Notes under the pieces: generated by a model | Database searches by the model: none | The model's input: only the letters and a program-made list of their open reading frames with translations | Told to the model about the DNA's origin: nothing | Shown: piece by piece, positions 48,001 to 52,265 of the stretch | Layout of the letters: the number at the start of each line of letters is the position of its first letter | Numbering within the stretch: position 1 is the first letter of the stretch | NCBI GenBank assembly: GCA_010909165.1 | Contig: MU008209.1 | Coordinates: 494,423-546,687, forward strand | Direction of reading: 5' to 3' | DNA: 52,265 nucleotides | Source of the DNA: Anthoceros angustus | Taxonomy: Eukaryota; Plantae; Anthocerotophyta | Made by a program: the position numbers and the translations under genes

Positions 48001-49331
48001 GAGTTGGTACAAGGAAAGCGGGCTGGACATAGCCGAGCGAGCGATCAAGAAGCACCTACGGCGACGCCAGAGAACCTCCCGACGGGCTATCAAGCGGGAG
48101 GAAGAGACGATGGTAGGATGGTACCACCAAAGTTCCTACTCGTAGGAACTGCTGAAGAGGAGGAGACGGAAGGAAGGGTACCTCCGGTCACGAAACCCAG
48201 TGTGAGGGAAGGTACCCCATAGCAAGATCCAAACAGAGGTAGGAGACGAACCTACCAAGAAGACGAGAACAGAGGGGAGGAACCCATCGAGATGAACGAG
48301 TAGGAGGAATGGAACCTCCTACCACAGGGAAGACCTACCACCGATGAGAGGCGGCTACTGCATAGTCCGAGAAGACTCGGAGGTGGGCAAGGCTAAGCGA
48401 CCCATCAAGGGAAGACATTGGGAACAAAAGCAGCGAACGAGAGAGGGACCTTTTCAAGAGGACGTTTTGTCCCAAGTGGTGCACACCTTGGGAAGTGTGA
48501 GTATTTAAGAGTGGCGGCAGATAGAGATAGGATATTCGGTCAAGGTGAGTCGGATGAGCCGAGGACGAAGGCGACAAGAGTCCTATTGTTGGACTTGGCA
48601 AGTCGCCCTAGCATTAAACTAGCACGAGTGGCTACCGACTCCCCACCTATAAAAGGGAGGGTGGAAGAATGAATAAACACCGACCTTGCTTTGTCATGCA
48701 TTCTTCGCCTCCGCGCATCCCTTTGTGTGTGTGCTGACCGCCGCCAAGCGACGAAGGCTAAGGGGTGGGGTTTCGAGGCCCCTCGGTGGGTTCGCCAACG
48801 CAGCTCCTCTCTCGTGAAAGATTGTTGTTGGATGTGCTTTGTGTTTCCGGGTGGCCTCAGGGTGATGGCCGACCACGCCGCCGTGTTCACACGCAATCGC
48901 CCGAGAGAAATACCCACCTAGTCCACCCTGTGCAGCCAAGGGAGGCGCAACCGCGAACGCTAAGTAGTAGAGTTAGATTTGGGGATCGAATGAAGTGAGT
49001 CCGTATGTGGTGGTCTCGTGAGCTATGTTTCTTTTGAGAATGGTGAAGAGGTTGGCTATGGGTGTGTCGTTGTAGAGTGAATTGATCGCTGTAGCTGGCG
49101 AGGAGAGTGTTGAGGTGGAGGGAATCGAAGGCGGAGCGCGCGGCCGAGCAACCCGTAAACGCATAACACCGCTTTGTTGCCCACACCGAGGACAAGTAGA
49201 CCGCGTAATGACGAGAGTGAGAGGAACGATCGAAACAATCCAACCAAATCTCTTGGGATCGAACCCACGATTCAACGACTGGATAAGTGGCCACCGAGGC
49301 AAGCTCGGGTGACCGAGGTAAACCTACCACA
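45074..49331 (+). repeat. Element C 3' LTR (4258 bp), containing a second copy of the accessory ORF
   Basis: TGTGGAACGAAGAATTTTGG...AAACCTACCACA; direct repeat of 34741-38992; TATAAAA 48648-48654. Confidence 0.93.
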
Positions 49332-49339
49332 TATTCATC

Positions 49340-51270
49340 CTAGAACGTGCAACATCGTGAAATTCCTCTCACCGAATGGTCCAGAATAGAGTGCAAGGGA
49401 TCAACCCCATGGCGGTGACGGTGAGTTCCGTCCCGAAGACATCATATGTCTTTGCACCGTGACCAAACATCTCACTTCAACGATGCTGGCATCCTTCGTG
49501 CTGTGCTTCAATTCAATCTGGGGCCTCGTCCCCAAGACTCCTTGGTACCGCAGAGGTGGTGATGTTCACGCCGAACGAGCTTGTGTCCGCCTTTAGTGCC
49601 TCCGCACTCGTGCTCCCAAAGAAGACTGGATCCGCTCCTCGGTCTACAAGCACGCCATCGAGCATAGCCATCAAAAGTCACGCCGTCCGTGTTATCAATC
49701 ATGGCAACACCTTCACCTCGCCTCCTCCGCATCGATGCTCGCCACACAAACCGGCCATACTAGGAGAGATCCTGCGGATTCAAGCTCCTTTCTCGCCCAT
49801 TCTCGCATGATGTTTTGAAGTTGTTGCCTTACCCCTGATCCACAAGACCATCGCAGCACCTCCATGGCCTTGTCCGCAACGCCTCAACGCCTCGTCTTGA
49901 CACCTTCGTGGAGTTTTCTCGACCGCGAAACTCTCCGCATCTTGGTCGATTCCCTGCCCGCACTTTCGCAGTGACGCCTCACCAAAGTCAACAATTTTCT
50001 TTTTCTTGCACCGCCATCATGCCAAACGCCTCATCTTCATCGGAGTCGAGAACAAAATCCTGCCTGCTCGCTGGCCATGTTGGCCATCTCCTTCTTGAGC
50101 TCCTCCACTTGCCCGAGGAGAGCCACGACTTGGGCCCTTGCCCTTCTCCTTCTCACCGATGCTTGGGTCAGCCTGGATGAGCTTCCCAACACGCCTCCAT
50201 GTGACCCCATCCGCCACAAGACTTACAGTGCTTCTTGCCCTTCCACCGCTTGTAGCATTCAACGCAGCGCTCCACGATCCGCCACACTTCCGCTGACCTG
50301 CATTGTTAGCCGGGCCTCCTTCGACATGTGGCCGCTGCCATGTCCCGAGGATCGCCTCCCGATCGGGTACCTTGGGACAAACTCGAATTCCGTGTCCTCC
50401 AGACGCGCCGCTGAAGGGCCCTTCACGACTAGTGATCCTCCAAGTAAGCCCGGCCATCGCATCTCCTTTGAGCACCTTCTCGAATTTGATAGGCGCTATC
50501 AACCGATATCTCTCTCCCATCGCCCATGCGAGTCCATCACCTTCCTTCTTTGTCTGCGCAATGCGCCATGAAGATCTCAGCCTCCCTCATCGCCTTGACA
50601 TCCGTGTCTTCCACCGTAACCTTCAACTGAGGTAAGATGCACGCAATGTCTCTTAGGCGAAGAAAACCTCGGCTTCCTGGATCTTTTCCAATAAGTCAGA
50701 GGAAACATGGTGGTTAACTTGGCGAACATCAAGTCCACCAGATGCTCGAGCTTGTCCTCGTCAGTAGGGGGTGCAGTCGAACCAGCCCTCTTGGCTGCCT
50801 CGTGCACTGCTTCTCTTCTCTCGGCCACCTTCAGGATCCCAGCCTTCTCATCTCTGTAATACATTAGAGCCTCACCCGCAAGGTAGGATGACATCTTCAT
50901 GAACGCCATCCTCTGAGTGAACTCGTCCTTGTATTTCATCTTGTTTTCCGCCATTGCCCAACGAAACTTCTCCTCGAAATCTGCAAGAGACATGCTTCCA
51001 TGTTTTCCTGTGAAGACATCGTTCTTACTTGGTGTGAACTCAAGCTCCATTCTTGCGGACTCTCGCTCAATCATGTCTCCTTGTGGTGGCGCGTTGTCTG
51101 TATTGTTCCGGTGTCCTCTTGAATGGCGAGTAGTAGGCGTCGTGCACTTCTCCGTGAAGGCAGCGCGGTGTCCTTCGTCGATCCACCACGATCTCGGGAA
51201 CACCATCAATGGTTACTTCTCCTATGCCGACCCTTTGCGGATGTTGTCAAAGGCAAATTGTTTCCACCGT
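49340..51270 (-). pseudogene. gag: Family B gag and protease, copy 2
   Basis: ORF 50577-51209 (ELEFTPSKNDVFTGKHGSMSLADFEEKFRWAMAENK...GEALMYY); CKSCGGWGHMEAC at ~50187-50226. Confidence 0.85.
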
Positions 51271-51577
51271 TAGCCCAACCAGCTAGAGAAAAGTACATCC
51301 AGCCTCTATCCACAAGGCTCCAGGGCGTATGCGAGCTCTTCTCCGAGACAATTACGCTAACTCGGCAATCGTGAGACTACCACACCTAAAATGTATAATC
51401 AATGGCGAAATTCATCCATCGAAAAACATCAGCCTATCTCGTGCTACGCAACACTCAACCTTCTCGGATCTGTCTCACAGGTTGGATGGTGGGCGACTTC
51501 CGCCTCTTCCTCCAATCTCCAGTAGCCACAGTCTCCTCGATCAATCTTAGTCCCCAACAAGAGGATTGTTGATGTGG

Positions 51578-52201
51578 TGAAATGGAAAATTCTCCCAACG
51601 ACAATGCAACGAACCACAAGAACCTCTAGGAGACAAAGACACGGCGAGGGGCAGTATGGCTGTCTATTAGAACAAGACAAACATCAACAATCCAGAATCC
51701 ATTGGTGCCTACATATATAGGCAAAACCCCGAGTTCTCGATGAAGTGTCCACCGTATCGATGGTGGGCACTTTATAATCCTACTTTCCTTGGCCTTGAAA
51801 TAATAATATTTTATGTGTTTAACAGCCTATTCGTCCTTTTCCTTGATTTATGATTTTTATGTATTTTCTAATATAAATCTGCTATCTATATATCGTCATA
51901 CGCGCCTTACATGCACATGCATATAGATTGCATGCGCCATGACACATCACGCCACATGTCCACATCACATGTCATCCTTCATCTCCATACGTGCATACAT
52001 GGCACACATGCATGGCATACATGTCATGTGCGGGCCATCCATGGGCCATGTACATGACATCATCAAACTTGACATCGGGGCTTATGCCCGATGCTCGATC
52101 GATATCTAGTCATTTCGGCATTCGGGGCTTATGCCGGGATGCTCTAGTCGATATCGATCCTTAGAGTCTTGGGTGCTGCTGTTTCCCATACACTCTTGAC
52201 A
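51578..52201 (-). repeat. Family B LTR-like repeat A1 (copy 2)
   Basis: Minus strand begins TGTCAAGAGTGTATGGGAAAC at 52201 and ends TTTCA; followed by the self-priming PBS. Confidence 0.92.
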
Positions 52202-52265
52202 TACTTGTGCAATCATTTCCATAGTTTTGTTTGAAGCGTAACTTGTAGTTTCGTTGTTTCTAGCT

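Larger units (their letters stand above)
34741..49331 (+). mobile_element. Athila/Tat-like (non-chromovirus) Ty3/Gypsy element C, full length, nested in family B copy 2
   Basis: Two ~4.25-kb direct LTRs (TG...CA), PBS, PPT and gag-PR-RT-RH-IN. The flanks rejoin as in copy 1 (GGATGAATA|GG(A/G)GTGGTGGCAAG at ~15059-15080). Confidence 0.93.
29181..52201 (-). mobile_element. Ty3/Gypsy family B copy 2 (inverted), MTase deleted, interrupted by element C
   Basis: Minus strand: A1 52201-51578, gag ~51270-50100, PR ~49850-49400, [element C], RT/RH ~34490-33280, IN ~33100-31980, PHD ~31950-31830, extra ORF, B1 ~30200-30016, A2 30015-29368, B2 29367-29181. Ends TGTCA and TGACA. Confidence 0.92.

Overview
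Eukaryotic, almost entirely transposon-derived window, probably from a streptophyte plant or alga (inferred from the element types). No intact host gene, RNA gene or CRISPR array is supported. All coding regions are broken by 1-3 bp indels, so domains were rebuilt by reading across frames and boundaries are approximate. Layout: (1) 1-~12060, Ty3/Gypsy family A (+), with gag, protease, C5-cytosine DNA methyltransferase (MTase), RT, RNase H, integrase and PHD finger; a 2268-bp TIR transposon (4460-6727) splits its MTase at the catalytic motif. (2) 12218-21726, Ty3/Gypsy family B copy 1 (+), same domain order plus an unknown 3' ORF. (3) ~21730-29180, degraded TE fragments. (4) 29181-52201, family B copy 2 (-), which has lost the MTase through a microhomology-bounded deletion and is interrupted by (5) an Athila/Tat-like Ty3 element C (34741-49331, +) whose ~4.25-kb LTRs each contain an ORF. 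The candidate new system is the A/B lineage: DDE-integrase retrotransposons combining a DNA-methylation writer (MTase with GWEC in place of PC) and a putative histone reader (PHD) with a Tf1-like self-priming PBS, no PPT, and split-direct-repeat termini (A1...B1-A2-B2), a layout I know only from tyrosine-recombinase retrotransposons.
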